A stretch of 64,000 bases of DNA from Malacoraja senta (Eukaryota): assembly GCA_038087875.1 (NCBI GenBank), contig CM075993.1, forward strand, positions 4,404,001 to 4,468,000, read 5' to 3'. The position numbers and the translations under genes were made by a program. Of the stretch, positions 36,779 to 49,715 are shown one piece after another. Below the pieces are notes generated by a model. It was not told the DNA's origin. It worked only from the letters and a program-made list of their open reading frames with translations, and ran no database searches. How positions within the stretch are numbered: the stretch's first letter is position 1; each line of letters starts with the position of its first letter.

Positions 36779-38154
36779 GTATGGGTGCTTTGGCCGTCTA
36801 CATCTAACGATAATGTTTACAAATTATTTATTGCTGGATGTGATCGAATATGAATAACCTTCACAGCAAAGGTTCACGTCTAAATTAATCCAGTTATTCC
36901 AGCAGAACCTGTACAAGGTCTCCCTCTGGTGGCAGAATTCATGAATGAAAACTACATCTTGTAACTTAGTTTAGTTTAGAGATACAGCACGGAAACAGGC
37001 CCTTCGGCCTGTTGAGTCCACGCCAACCATCTATCAATTATTCACACTAGTTCTATATTATCCCACTTTCCCCTTCCAGTTCCTATATTTTACAGAGGGC
37101 CAATTAATCTACAAACTCACATACATTTGGGATGTGGGAGGAAACCGGAGCACCAGGAGGAAACCCACACGGTCGCAGGGAAAACGTGCAAACTCCACAC
37201 AGGCAGCACCCGAGGGCAGGACGGAACCCGGGTCTCTGGCGCTGAGAGGCAGCAGCTCTACCAGATCCAACTGGGTCCAGGGTTCAAATCAGAGTGGACA
37301 ATTAGTTTAATGAATGAGGGAAAGATCATTTGAATACGCCGGTGGCGCAGCAGGTAGAGCTGCTGCCTCACAGCGCTAGAGACCCCGGTTCGATCCTGAC
37401 CACCGGTAGTTGCACATTCTCTCTGTGACCGAGTGGGTTTCCTCCTGGTGCTCCGGTTTCCTCCCACATCTCAAAGACCCAAATTGGTTTCTGTAGATTG
37501 TCCCTGGTTTGCAGATGGTTGTCAAGTGAACAAAAGGAGGGAATGCTTTCATCCCCCCCCCCTCACCCCCTTTCCCCCTTTCCCCCCATCACCCCAGCAT
37601 GGCTGTTACCAGGCAGACATCTTCCACGTGGATACTGGGAGAAAAGTTCAATGGTGGCAATAACAAAGGGTATCAGGGAATGAGGCATCAGATTCCTTTT
37701 GCAAAATGGCAGCAGGGGCGATGGGCCGAATGGTCTCCTGTGCCGCAGTGATTCTCTACGGGCGAGAGGAGGAGCTGGATCTTGGCCGAGAGGCGTCATT
37801 CCGCAGAGCGGCACGGTGGCGCACCCCGACTACGGGTGCTGTCTGTACGGAGTTTGCACGTTCTCCTTGTGACCTGCGTGTGGGTTCTCTCGGCGATCTT
37901 CGGTTTCCTCGCACACGTACAGGTTTGTAGGTTAATTGGCTTTGGTATAAATGTAACTTGTCCCTAGTGTGTGTGTGTGTGTAGGATAGTGTTAGCGTGC
38001 GGGGATCGCTGGTTGGCGCGGACTCGGTGGGCCGAAGGGCCTGTTTCCGCGCTGTATCTCGAAACTAAACGAAACTAAAGCTGCCACCCTGCTTTGACTA
38101 GTCCCCCTCGACACCCCTCCCCACCAACGCTGTGGCCCTCTTTCATTCTTTCAG

Positions 38155-38270
38155 CTTACGTGCTGCCGGTTAAAGTGGAGATGGAGATGGTGGCCCAGCA
38201 ATACGAGAAGGCCAAGCAGGTTCGTGAGGATCAACTGGAGCGTCTGACCCAGATCTGCCAGGAGCAGGCG
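38155..38270 (+). CDS. TMEM266: TMEM266 coding exon (post-S4 coiled coil)
   Basis: ttctttcag| acceptor and |gtgagt donor; 116 nt; (A)YVLPVKVEMEMVAQQYEKAKQVREDQLERLTQICQEQA. Confidence 0.95.
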
Positions 38271-40899
38271 GTGAGTGGGACGGGGCAGCGACTGCCATCA
38301 GCCAAACCCACACCACACACAAGCAAGTCTGACCCGAAACGTCACCTATTCCTTCTCTCCAGAGAATGCTTAAGAAGGAACTGCAGATGCTGGAAAATCA
38401 AAGGTAGACAAAATGCTGGAGAAACTCAGCGGGCCCGAAACGTTGCCTATTTCCTTCGCTCCATAGATGCTGCTGCACCCGCTTAGTTTCTCCAGCATTT
38501 TTGTCTACCTCCAGAGAATGCTGCCCTGTCCCGCTGAGTTACTCCAGCATTTTGTGTCTTATCTTTGATTTAAATCAGCATCTGCAGTTCTTTCCTCCAC
38601 ACAACCACATGTCAACCCAGAGCTGGACACTAACACTTGGTAGAGTTGAGTTTATTGTCACGTGTACAGTGAGAAGCTTTACCAGATGCTGTTAAATATG
38701 AGAATTGTCATAGATGCTGCCTCACCCGCTGAGTTTCTCCAGCATTTTTATCTACCGATGAAATATAAAGAGGTCATCTCACTATCTATCTGGAATATCT
38801 GGTCAATTCCCACAGATCATAAGGTCATAAAGAATAGGAGTAGAATTAGTGTTTAAGAAGGAACTGCAGATGCTGGAGAAACGCAAAAATGCTGGAGAAA
38901 CTCAGCGGGTGCAGCAGCATCTATGGAGCGAAGGAAATAGGCAACTTTTTGGGCCGAAACCCTTCTTCAGACTGACAAGTCTACTCCGCCATTCAATCAT
39001 GGCTGATCTATCTCTCCCTCTTAACCCATTCTCCTGCCTTCTCCCCATAACCTCTGACACCTGTACTAATAAAAACACTATCTATCTCTGCCTTAAAAAC
39101 ATCCACTGATTTGGCCCTTCAAACAGAATACAGATAACAATGAGGAGAGGATGTTTCTACAAGTGTGAGCGACCAGGACCAGAGGGCACAGCCTCAGAAT
39201 AAAAGGAGGCGCCTTTAGAATGGAGATGAGGAAGAATCTCTTGAGCAAGAGTGCAGTGTATCTGTGGAAGTCATTGCCAGAGACTGCGGTGGAGGCCAAG
39301 ACTTTGGGTATTTTTAAAGTGGAGATTTCATAGGTTCTTGATTAGTATGGGTGGCAAAGGTCACAGAAGGCAGGAGAATGGGGATTAGAGGGGGAAAAAA
39401 ATCAGCCATAATTGAATGGCGTAGCAGACTGAAGGGCCGAATGGCTTAATTCTGCTCCTATGCCTTATCATCTTAGTCATTGAGTCATACAGCGTTGAAT
39501 CAGGCCCCTCAGCCCAACTTGACCACACCGACCACCATGTCCCACCTACACCAGTCCCACCTTCCCGCGTTTGGCCCAAATCCCTCTAAACCCGTCCGAC
39601 CATGCACCTGTCCAATTGCTTCTTAAACATATCGATAGTACATGCGACATCCTCGTAAATCTTCTCTGTCCCCTTTCTAACAGCGTACCGACAGCATGAT
39701 GCCCAGAACTGAACGCAATACTCTAAATGTGGCCTCTCCAACGTCTCATATAACTGCGACATCACCTCCCAACCTCTGTACTCAATACCTTATGGCCAGA
39801 TAAACCATTGCAGTGGCAATTGTTGAAATGCAGAAAAGACAGAGTGTTGGAGTAACTCAGTGGTTCAGGCAGCATCTCCGGAGAACCTGGATAACGTCAT
39901 ACCACGGAGAACATCACCCTTTGGTGGCCTTTCGGGTTGTGACTATTCTTCTATATGAAGAAGAGTCCACGACCTGAAACGTCGCTTATTCACGGTCTCC
40001 AGAGATGCTGCCTGACCCACTGAGTTGCCAATTTTGGTAAACCTGTGTTTGCAGTTCCTTGTGTCTCCACTGGGAGGCAGACATTAGTCTCGGGTTACCA
40101 AGGAGCTCCCGCACATTTTTTGTTTTATTTTAGATTAGAGACACAGCGCGGAAACAGGCCCTTCAGCCCACCGAGTCCGTACCGACCAGCGCTATCCTAC
40201 ACACACTAGGGACAATCTACATTTATGCCAAGCCAATTAACCTACAAACCTGGACGTGTGGGAGGAAGCTGAAGATCTCGGAGAAAAGCCACGCAGGTCA
40301 CGGTGAGAAATGCAGTCAACGTACAAACTCCATACAGACAGCACCCGTAGTCAGGATCGAACCCAGGCCCCTGGTGCTGTAAAGCAGCAACGCTACTGCT
40401 GCGCCACCATGCCGCCCAGCTTTGAACTCATGCCCTGGCATCTATCAAAGGCCAGCAATGGCGACAGATGGAGCTTTGCTTTGAGATCTCATCGGAGAGC
40501 CAAACGGGCAGCATCTGCGCCCCAATCTGGGCTTTTTGCTCTAACCTCAGGAGAGAGACTTGAATCCGCAGCTTCCCAACTCAGAGACAGCAGTGTGACT
40601 TCTGCAGGGGGCATTGAGGGACAAGATGCAGCAAAAGGTGGTCGCCAGGTGTCAGTGGCCGGGAACGGCTTAAAAAATAAACAGCCGGTTCACAGTGGGT
40701 GCACACTCCACAGAGGCAGCATGCTGATCCGACGGGACTAAGATGCCAGCAATGCCAGGACTAAGATACCAGTCATGGGACCAATGCTTTTTTTTTTGCA
40801 ATGGTATGCGTTGGATCAGTGTACTGGGCACCTCGATAAAATTAAAAACCAGATTTAAAAATATAATTTTTAGAAGTTAAAAACTTTAGTTCAAGTTTT

Positions 40900-41345
40900 T
40901 AAAGTTAAAAGATAACATTTTTTTAAAGTTAAAATTTTGTTAAAGTTAAGAAATGGATTAAAAAAGTTAAGAATAGATTTTAAAAGTTAAGAAATAGATT
41001 TAAAAAGGTTAAGAATAGATTTTAAAAAGTTAAGAAATAGATTTTAAAAAGTTAAGAAATAGATTTAAAGGTTAAATAGATTTTAAAAGTTAAGAAATTG
41101 ATTAAAAAGAGTTAAGAAATAGATTAAAAAAGAGTTAAGAAATAGATTTTAAAAAGTTAAGAAATAGATTTAAAAGTTAAATAGATTTTAAAAGTTAAGA
41201 AATTGATTAAAAAGAGTTAAGAAATAGATTAAAAAGAGTTAAGAAATAGATTTTAAAAGTCAAGAAATAGATTTTAAAAGTTAAGAAATAGATTTTCAAA
41301 TGTTTATAACTTTAGAGTTAAAGATTAAAAGTTGAAAACTAGATT
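40900..41345 (+). repeat. AT-rich ~21-22-bp tandem repeat (AAAAGTTAAGAAATAGATTT)
   Basis: Repeated GTTAAGAAATAGATT units with variable A/T runs; almost no C on the + strand. Confidence 0.9.
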
Positions 41346-42684
41346 TAAGAATGAGATGATCAAAGTTTTAGAATTTGTATTGTGGCACAAGGTTTAATAG
41401 CCGCAGGTGCAGCGGGTGGAGGTGCTGTCTCACAGCGCCTGAGACCCGGGTTCAATCCTGACTTTGGGTCCTGTCTGTGTGGAGTTCGTATGTTCTCTCT
41501 GTGACTGAGTGGGTTTTCTCCAGGTGCTCCGGTTTCATCCCACATCGCAAAGACCTGCAGATTTGTAGGTTAATTGGCTTCTGTAAATCGCCCTGAATGT
41601 GCAGGGAATGATTGAGAAAGTGGGATAACATAGAACTAGTGTGAACGGATGGTCATCATGGACTCAGTGGGCTGAAAGGCATGTTTCCATGCTGTACCAC
41701 TAAAGAAAAAAACTACAAACGTTCAAAAAAAAAAAGTCAGCCACATTTGGAATATTGCAAGCAGTTTTGGGCCCCGTATCTGAGGAAGGATGTGCTGGCT
41801 CTGGAGGGGGTCCAGAGGAGGTTTACAAAAATGATCCCAGGAATGAGTGGGTTAACATATGATGAGCGTTTGGCGGCACTGGGCTTGTACTCACTGGAGT
41901 TTAGAAGGATGAGGTGGGTCCTCGTTGAAACTGTGATGAGATTGGATGTGGAGAGGATGTTTCCACTAGTGGGAGAGTCTCGGACCAGAGGCCACAGCCT
42001 CAGAATAAAAGGACATACATTTAGAAAGGAGATGAGGAGGAATTTCATTAGTCAGAGTTACTCCAGCTGTCTGTGTGGAGTTTCCCTCCGGTTTCCTCCC
42101 TGTGACCACGTGGGTTTAGTCCAGGTGCTCTGGTTTCCTTCCAAATTACAAGTGCAGTTCGACAGGTTCAGTTTAGAGATTCGGCCCAACGAGTCCACGC
42201 CGACCAGCAATCCCCGCGCACTAAAGCTATTCTACACTAGGGACAGATCACAATCATACCAAGCCAAATAACTTACTAACTTGCATGTCTTTGGAGTGTG
42301 GGAGGAATCTGGAGATCCAGGAGAAATCCCATGCAGGTCACGGGGAGAACGTACAAACTCCATACAGACAAGCACCTGTAGTCAGGATCGAACCAGGTCT
42401 ATGGGCCATCGTGCTGTAAGGCAGCAACTCTACCACTGTATAACTGTGCAGATTGTAATTGACCCTTCTAGATTGCCCCTGGTGTGTGGGTGAGTGGCAG
42501 AATTTGGTGGGGGTGCGTTGATTGGAATGTGGAGGGAATAAAATAGAATTGGACGGTCAGCATGGACTTGATGGTTCGAAGGGCCTGTTTCCGTGCTGTA
42601 CGACTCTGTGACAATGGTGTTGGTTAGCTCTGGGTGACTCTGGTGCATAGTCAGTCTCAGTCAGAGTAGTCGCGTCAATCTACG

Positions 42685-43230
42685 TCAAAGATAGTCACAA
42701 AAAAGCTGGAGTAACTCAGCGGGACAGGCAGCATCTCTGGAGAAAAGGAATAGGTGACGTTTCGGGTCGAGACCCTTCTTCGGACTGAGAGTCAGGAAAA
42801 AGGGAAACGAGAGATATAGACGGTGATGTAGAGAGATATAGAACAAATGAATGAAAGATGAGCAAAAAAGTAATGATGATGAAGGAAACTGGACATTGTT
42901 AGCTGTTGGAGGGTGAGAACAAGTTACAGACAATGAGGCTCGACAAGACGACTTTGATGCTGGTATGACTTGGGTGGGGGAGGGATGGAGGGAGAGGGAA
43001 TGCAGGGGTTACTTGAAGTTAGAGAAAGCAATAGTCATACCACTGGGGTGTAAGCTGCCCAAGCGAAATATGAGGTGCTGTTCCTCCAATTCGCACTCTG
43101 ACAATGGAGGAGGCCCAGGACAGAAAGGTCAGTGTGGGGAATGGGAGGGGGAGTTAAAGTGTTTGGCAACCGGGTGATCAGGTAGGTCCAGGCGGACTGA
43201 GCGGAGGTGTTCAGCGAAACGATCGCCCCT
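42685..43230 (-). mobile_element. Penelope-like element remnant (second long copy)
   Basis: Collinear similarity to 1710-2225. Confidence 0.78.
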
Positions 43231-45216
43231 ACATCAGTTGGCTGATCTATTTCCGATGTGGCACTGACTGATCTTGGGGATGAATTTTACAGATTAAAAA
43301 CCATATCCCCGCAGTCCCGAGTCTACGATTCAGTTCACAACTCAGTGTGACGTACGGACGTCACGGCATCCCGAGAGTTATTTGCCAATGTCGTAAGTGG
43401 CGACCTTTTAATCCAGTTTCAGTCATCAGTTAATTAAACTGAGCCACACACATTGAAGACATTGTCGCCTGCTTTAAATACAATTATTATCTCTGCGTTA
43501 AGATGCGGCGGCACGGTGGTAGAGTTGCTGCCTCACAAGCGCTTACAGCGCCAGAGACCCAAGTTCGATCCCAACTACGGGTGCTGTCTGTACTTCGTTT
43601 GTACTTTCTCCCAGTGACCCGCGTGAGTGGTCTCAGAGATCTCCGGTTTCCTCCCACACTCCAAAGACGTGCAGGGTTTGTAGGTTAATTGGCTTGGTGT
43701 AAATGTAAATTGTCCCTCGTGTGTGTAGGATAGTGCTAATGTGCGGGGATCGCTGGTCGGTGCGGACTTAGTGGGCCGAAGGGCCGGTTTCCGCACTGTA
43801 TCTTGAAAACGTAAAAACTAAAGCAACCGGAAGCAGCCATTCCAATTCCCCAATTGGCTACAATTTGTCAGGAAATGGGGTTGAAGTGCAAATCAGGCAC
43901 CAAATGCTTCCTCTACACTAAGATGGGTCCAGTTTTACGGCAGGAGAGTGCCGTGGGGAAGTGGTTTAGCCAACGGCAATCCTGTAACAGATGTAAATGG
44001 GAAATAAAGTCACTTGTTGCATTGGCTGTGTTGGCAAGATCGGTGAGCGGAGCCTGGAGATGGCTCAAGACAGAAAGCAGATGTTAAGTGAGTTGTCCCG
44101 GCCCACTGATGTAGGTGTTGATCCTGGGAATACGTAGCAAAGCAATTAGTGACCCAGAGCTGCTATTAAAGTGCACTTAGAGGCTCTCATTGCAGTCGCA
44201 TCTTAGATTGCATTGTCTGGGCCTGCAGCCAACTTCAGCATGTGAACAGACACACAGGGACAAGTCGAACAAAGACTAACTCTTGTTCTGTTCATTGTCA
44301 CCTCACACAACTGCCCTACTTCCCTGTAGACGTTCAGAATGATGTACCACAGCCAGAGTGAATTTGCATGTAGCGATGTCTTCGCCATCTCCCAATCTAC
44401 CTTGTTGCGGCTCCTGCACTTTTTTTTTTAAAATCTGCACTTTCTTGTAGTTGAAACATTATATTCAGCACTCTTTCTCTTTTGCTCTACCTGGTCTAGA
44501 ATGACCATTCTGGTCAGAATGATGTACCACAGCCAGAGTGAACTTGTATGTAGCAAAGTCTTCCCCATCTCCCAATCTACCTTGTTGCAGCACCTACACT
44601 TTTTTTTATCTGCACTTACTTGTATATTCTGCACTCTTTCTCTTTTATTCTACCTGGTCTATTCGTGTATGGTGTGATTTAGTCGGTAGAAGGCAAGGTA
44701 AAGTTTTAGCTATATGTTTGGACCCAGGACAATCATAAACCAATACCAGATGTGAGAGAAGTGGCAGAGATACAGTGAATGAAAAGGTTACGGAAGGTTA
44801 TATTGATAGGGTGGGATTCCTGAGAAATATGGGTAAGTTGGTATGTGTAACCTCTTTATGGGCTGCTAGAGTCATAGAATCATACAGCACAGAAGCAGGC
44901 CCTTCAGGCCACCTAGTCTATGCCAACCCAGATGCAAACATGTAAGCAAGTCCCTTTTGGCCCACATCCCTCAACCTTTCTGATCCATGTACCTGTCCAA
45001 ATATTTTTTACATGTTGTTATAATTCCTGCCCCAACTCCCTCCTCTGGCAACTTGTACCATATACCCACCACCCTGTGTGTGGAAAAAGTTGCCCCTCAG
45101 GTTCTTATTCATTTTTGCCCCTCTCACCTTAAACCTATGTCCTCTGGATCTTGATTTCCCCTACTCTGGGGAAAAGATTCTGTGCATTCACCCTATCTAT
45201 TGCCGTCGTGATTAGA

Positions 45217-45716
45217 TCACCTCCTCCATCAGGCTATCAGCAGAGAGCAGAGGCCACCCCGACTGAAGTCCTGTCACCCCTTTGCTCCACATGGAAAACA
45301 ACTCCTAGCATCCATCCAGCCAACTGAGACAAAAGCACACTGGATAGCCACCAAGTGGTCACAGGAGTGGAAGGCAACCTCATCTCCATTACACAGCCAC
45401 ATTTCTTCACCAGATAAAAGCTGTCCCGGGTCTGACCTCCCCTGAGGAGCATGGGTGAAGCTCAACAGACTTGGTACTGGAGTTGGGCGTTTCAACGCCA
45501 GCGTGTGGAGACGGGAGCTCCAGCCTGTGAATGCGGAGCAGAACAACAGACAGCCAACCATGTCATCTCTGGGTGCCCGCTCTACCACCCACCAAATGGA
45601 GTTCAGGACCTGGCAGACATTGACGCCAACAGAGACAACAACCTGGCTGCTCAACACCCGGCTTGAGATCTAACTATTCCTTTGGTTTAGTTATGTTTCA
45701 TTCGCAAGAAGAAGAA
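45217..45716 (+). mobile_element. 5'-truncated Ingi/Vingi-like (I-group) LINE with 9-bp TSD
   Basis: Decayed ORF RLKSCHPF...GSDLP*GAWVKLNRLGTGVGRF / PACECGAEQQTANHVISGCPLY (CCHC-like knuckle); (GAA)n tail; TSD GTGATTAGA at 45208-45216 and 45717-45725. Confidence 0.72.
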
Positions 45717-45844
45717 GTGATTAGAACAAAATATGCACAGTGTTGTTGTGTTCTGCAAGGAGTATTTTTAATATATTCAGTTAAGGGATGTGGGCTTTTC
45801 AGCCTGAAACTTCCATCAAGGGCAACAATGGGTGGGTGCTTAAA

Positions 45845-46250
45845 GGGGCCTGTCCCACTTAGGCTATTTTTAGGCGACTGTCATAGCCGTAGATAGTCGC
45901 CGAAAATCCGGCAACTGGACCCCCCTTCGACATAAAATTTGAAATAGAATCATTACTTTAACAACAACAAAAAAAAACGAAGTCAGCACCGCCAACAGCC
46001 GACGTCATCCTGGCGACAACTACGACAGCACCTAAGTCAGGAGAAGTCAAGCTACGCTCATTGGCGTCAAACCCACTGTCGCCGACTGTCTCTGAAAATT
46101 TTTCAACATGTTGAAAATCCAGCAGCGACCAGAAAGACGCTACGACTCTTTGGGCGACTGAGGAGACGACTCACGACCGTACAGGCGACACCCCGGCAAC
46201 CACGTGGCGACAGCCTAGTTGCCTGTAATCGCCCAAGTGGGACAGGCCCT
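45845..46250. mobile_element. MITE of the same TIR family
   Basis: GGGCCTGTCCCACTTAGGC ... GCCCAAGTGGGACAGGCCC; internal palindrome TTTTCAACATGTTGAAAA at 46100-46117. Confidence 0.78.
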
Positions 46251-48919
46251 TAATGATCCCCAAAACAATGCAGTTATATAAGACCATCAAGTGGCCACAG
46301 AACATGCTAGACTTAAAATTGAAAACCAGAAATCCATGTTGGTACTCATGAGACAGGTAGATGAAGTAAGCAGGAAGGAACTGCAGATGCTGGTTTCAAC
46401 CGAAGATAGACACAAAAAGCTGGAGTAACTCAGCGGGACAGGCAGCATCTCTGGAGAGAAGCGATGGGTGACGTTTCAGTTGAGACCCTTCTTCACCCAT
46501 TCCTTCTCTCCAGAGATGCTGGTTGTCCCGCTGGGTGACTCCAGCTTTTTGTGTCTATCTTCGGTTTAAACCAGCATCTGCAGTTCCTTCATCATCATCA
46601 ATGTCTACCTTGTGTTCAAAGATAGAGTTCATGTGCACCAGGACTTGTAATTATGTTGACTTAAGGAACTGCAGCGCTGGTTACCGAAAAAAGACAAAGT
46701 CATAAGTCAAGCAGCATCTCTGGAGAATATGGATGGGTAACGATTCAGGTTTGGACCCTTCTCAAACTGGTTACAATTACGCATTGTTTTTCTCTACTTG
46801 CAATTAAAATCCCAGCCAGTTTCAGCTTGAACAGAAATCTTTCAAAATATCCTTTATAATTAATATTATAATGTGTGGAGGTTCATTGTGAAAACATACA
46901 ACTCCTCCCATTGAGTACATGGCTCTTGAGGTTTGCAGGCAATCTTGGTGTTGTGGTGGTTGCACTACTGCAGGCAGACAGCAGAGGGCAGTGAGCTGCC
47001 ACTGTGAGTTGACTGAAGCTGGACAAAGTTTTCTCCTCAACCCCCAGAGAGACACAAAATGCTGGAGTAACTCAGCGGGTCAGACGGCATCTCTGGAGAC
47101 AAGGAATGGGTGACATTTCGGGTCGAGACCCTTCTTCAGATTGAGAGTCAGGGGAAAGGGAAACGAGAGATATAGACGGAGATGTAGAGGGATATCAAAC
47201 AAATAATAATAATAGATTTTATTTATATAGCACTTTTCAGGACTCAAAGTCGCTTGAATGAATTATATGCAAAAAACTAACAATGATAAAGGAAGTGTTC
47301 AAGAAGGAACTGCAGATGCTGGAAAATCGAAGGTAGACAAAAATGCTTGGTCGGAAGAAGGGCCTCGCCCCAAAAGGTTGCCTATTTCCTTCGCTCCATA
47401 GATGCTGCCTCACCCGCTGAGTTTCTCCAGCATTTTTGTCTCCCTATGATAAAGGAAGTGGTCTATTGTTAGCTGTGGGCTAGGTGGAAACGAGTTATAC
47501 AGGCAATTTTATCCTGCATCCTCTCACGTACCAGAAAAATGCAGATTGTGGATTAAACCACCATCTAACATCATGGTTAAATCTGAGGCTTTTGGAGTAT
47601 TGTGAGCGGCTTTGGCCCCCCCAGAGCTGAGGAAGGATGTGCTGGCGTTGGAGAGGGTCTTATGAGAATGATCCTAAGGATGAGTGGGTTAATGTTTGAG
47701 GAACGTTTGAAGGCTCTGGGCTGAAGTTCCTGGAGTTTAGAAGGATGAAGGGGCATCTCAATGAAAACTTACCGAATATTGAAAGGCTTAGAGTGGATGT
47801 GGAAATAATGTTTCCAGTAAAGGGAGGGCCTAGAACCAACGGGCACAGCCTCAGAGTACAAGGATGGAGGCGTGGAGGAATTTATTTAGCCAGAGATGGG
47901 CGAGTCTTTGGAATTCATTGCCACAGACAGCTGTGGATGCCAAGCAGCGGGTATTTTTAAAGCGGAGATGAACAGGTTCTTGATTAGTGAGGGTTTCAAA
48001 GGTGACTGGGAGAAGGCAGGAGATGGCAAAATAAATCAGCCACGATGGAATGGCAGAACAGACTCGTTGGGCCGAATGGTCTAAATCTGCTTCATCGTCT
48101 TGTGGTCACTGAGAAATCCATCATCGTGTCCCCAAAATACAGTGACCCAAACTCTGGGGAGCCTCTCCTACACCTTCAGTTGCCCAGTGAGTTGAGCTAC
48201 CAGCTTTCAGAGGCCCCGGTTCAATCCCGACCTCCGGTGCAGTAAAGTGGTCTGACACATGCCGACCACTATACACGGGATTTGGGTTATAGCAGACCGA
48301 GGGGTATGTTTGTGGTGACAGTTGGAGGCGGGGAGAGAGGGAGCAGGACATCACTGTCTTGAAGAGCATTGCGTTGGGCATGGGTTTGCAGCAGATGTCA
48401 CAGATCCAGTCTGACGAAGGGTGTCGACCCGAAACATCACCCATTCCTTCTCTCCAGAGATGCTGCTGGTCCCGCTGAGTTACTCCAGCATTTTGTGTCT
48501 ATCTTTGATTTAAACCAACATCTGCAGTTCCTTCCTTCAAATTTTGTCTGCCACAAAGCGGGGTACCGGGGGCCCCTTCTCCCCATCCCTCCCCCCTCCC
48601 CCACCTTCCCTTTCCCCCCACCCCCCATGGCCCATTGGTCCATTATTCCAAGGGTTCACTGTACTGGAGTTTGGAAGTCCTCTCTTGTTGATGTGTGGAT
48701 ATGTGATCGTGATGTGCAGGAAGGAACTGCAGATGCTGGTTTACACCGAGGATAGACACAAAAAGCTGGAGTAACTCAGCGGGACAGGCAGCATCACTAG
48801 AGAGAAGGAATGGGAGATGGTTTGGGTCGAGACCCTTCTTCAGTTTGTGGAAACTTGCCGTGCACAAACTCCAGGTATCCAGCCATCGCTAAACCTTTCC
48901 TCATGGAGAAATATCTGAC

Positions 48920-49003
48920 CGTCAGGAGTGGGATTCGAACCTACGCCTCTAGTGACAAAACATGATCTGAACTCAGCCCCTTAGCCCGCTCGACCAACCT
49001 GAC
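48920..49003 (-). pseudogene. Degenerate tRNA-Leu(CAG) pseudogene
   Basis: Reverse complement GTCAGGTTGGTCGAGCGGGCTAAGGGGCTGAGTTCAGATCATGTTTTGTCACTAGAGGCGTAGGTTCGAATCCCACTCCTGACG aligns end to end with vertebrate tRNA-Leu-CAG; anticodon stem broken, mismatches in acceptor and T stems. Confidence 0.85.
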
Positions 49004-49445
49004 TGTGACTAATACCTAGTGACGGGTCCCTTCACAACTAATGGGTTGAGGGCACGACTAATGGCGCAGCGGTAGAGTTGCTGCCTTACAGCGCCAGAGA
49101 CATGGGTTTGATCCCGACTACAGGTGCTGTCTGTACCGAGTTTGTATGTTCTCCCCGTGACCGTGTGGGTTTTCTCCGAGATGTTCAGTTTCCTCCCGCA
49201 CTCCAAAGACGTACAGGTTTATAGATTAACTAATTGGCTTGGGTTTGTATACTTGGTATAAGTGTAAACTGTCCCCAGTGTGTGTAGGATAGTGTTAGCG
49301 TGCGGGGATCGCTGGTCGGTGCAGATTTGGTGGGCCGAAGGGCCTGCTTCCGTGCTGTATCTCGAAACTGGACCGCGAGTCTTCCTGGTGGTAGCCTCCA
49401 TGCGTGTCACAGATGGGTAAGCCTGCCGTTGTTTCTCCTCCGCAG

Positions 49446-49638
49446 TTCGAGATCAGGCAGCTGAGGGCCCACCTTGCCCAGCAGGACTTGGACCTCGCTG
49501 CCGAGAGGGAGGCGGCCATGCAGATCCACCATGTGTGGGACAAGCAGACCAACATGTTTCAAGTGGTGGACGGATCAACCGCGGGAGGGTCCGACGATGA
49601 GGGTCCCGAGAACATCATCGGCCCCCACCCACCGTCAA
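49446..49638 (+). CDS. TMEM266: TMEM266 coding exon (end of coiled coil; alternative donor possible after 49702)
   Basis: ccgcag| acceptor and |gtaagc donor; FEIRQLRAHLAQQDLDLAAEREAAMQIHHVWDKQ...GPHPPS. Confidence 0.88.
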
Positions 49639-49715
49639 GTAAGCACCCAACTTGCTCATTGACGTCGCGTTGTCAAAGGGAAGCTCCAAGTCACCACCAA
49701 AGGTGACGTAGATCA

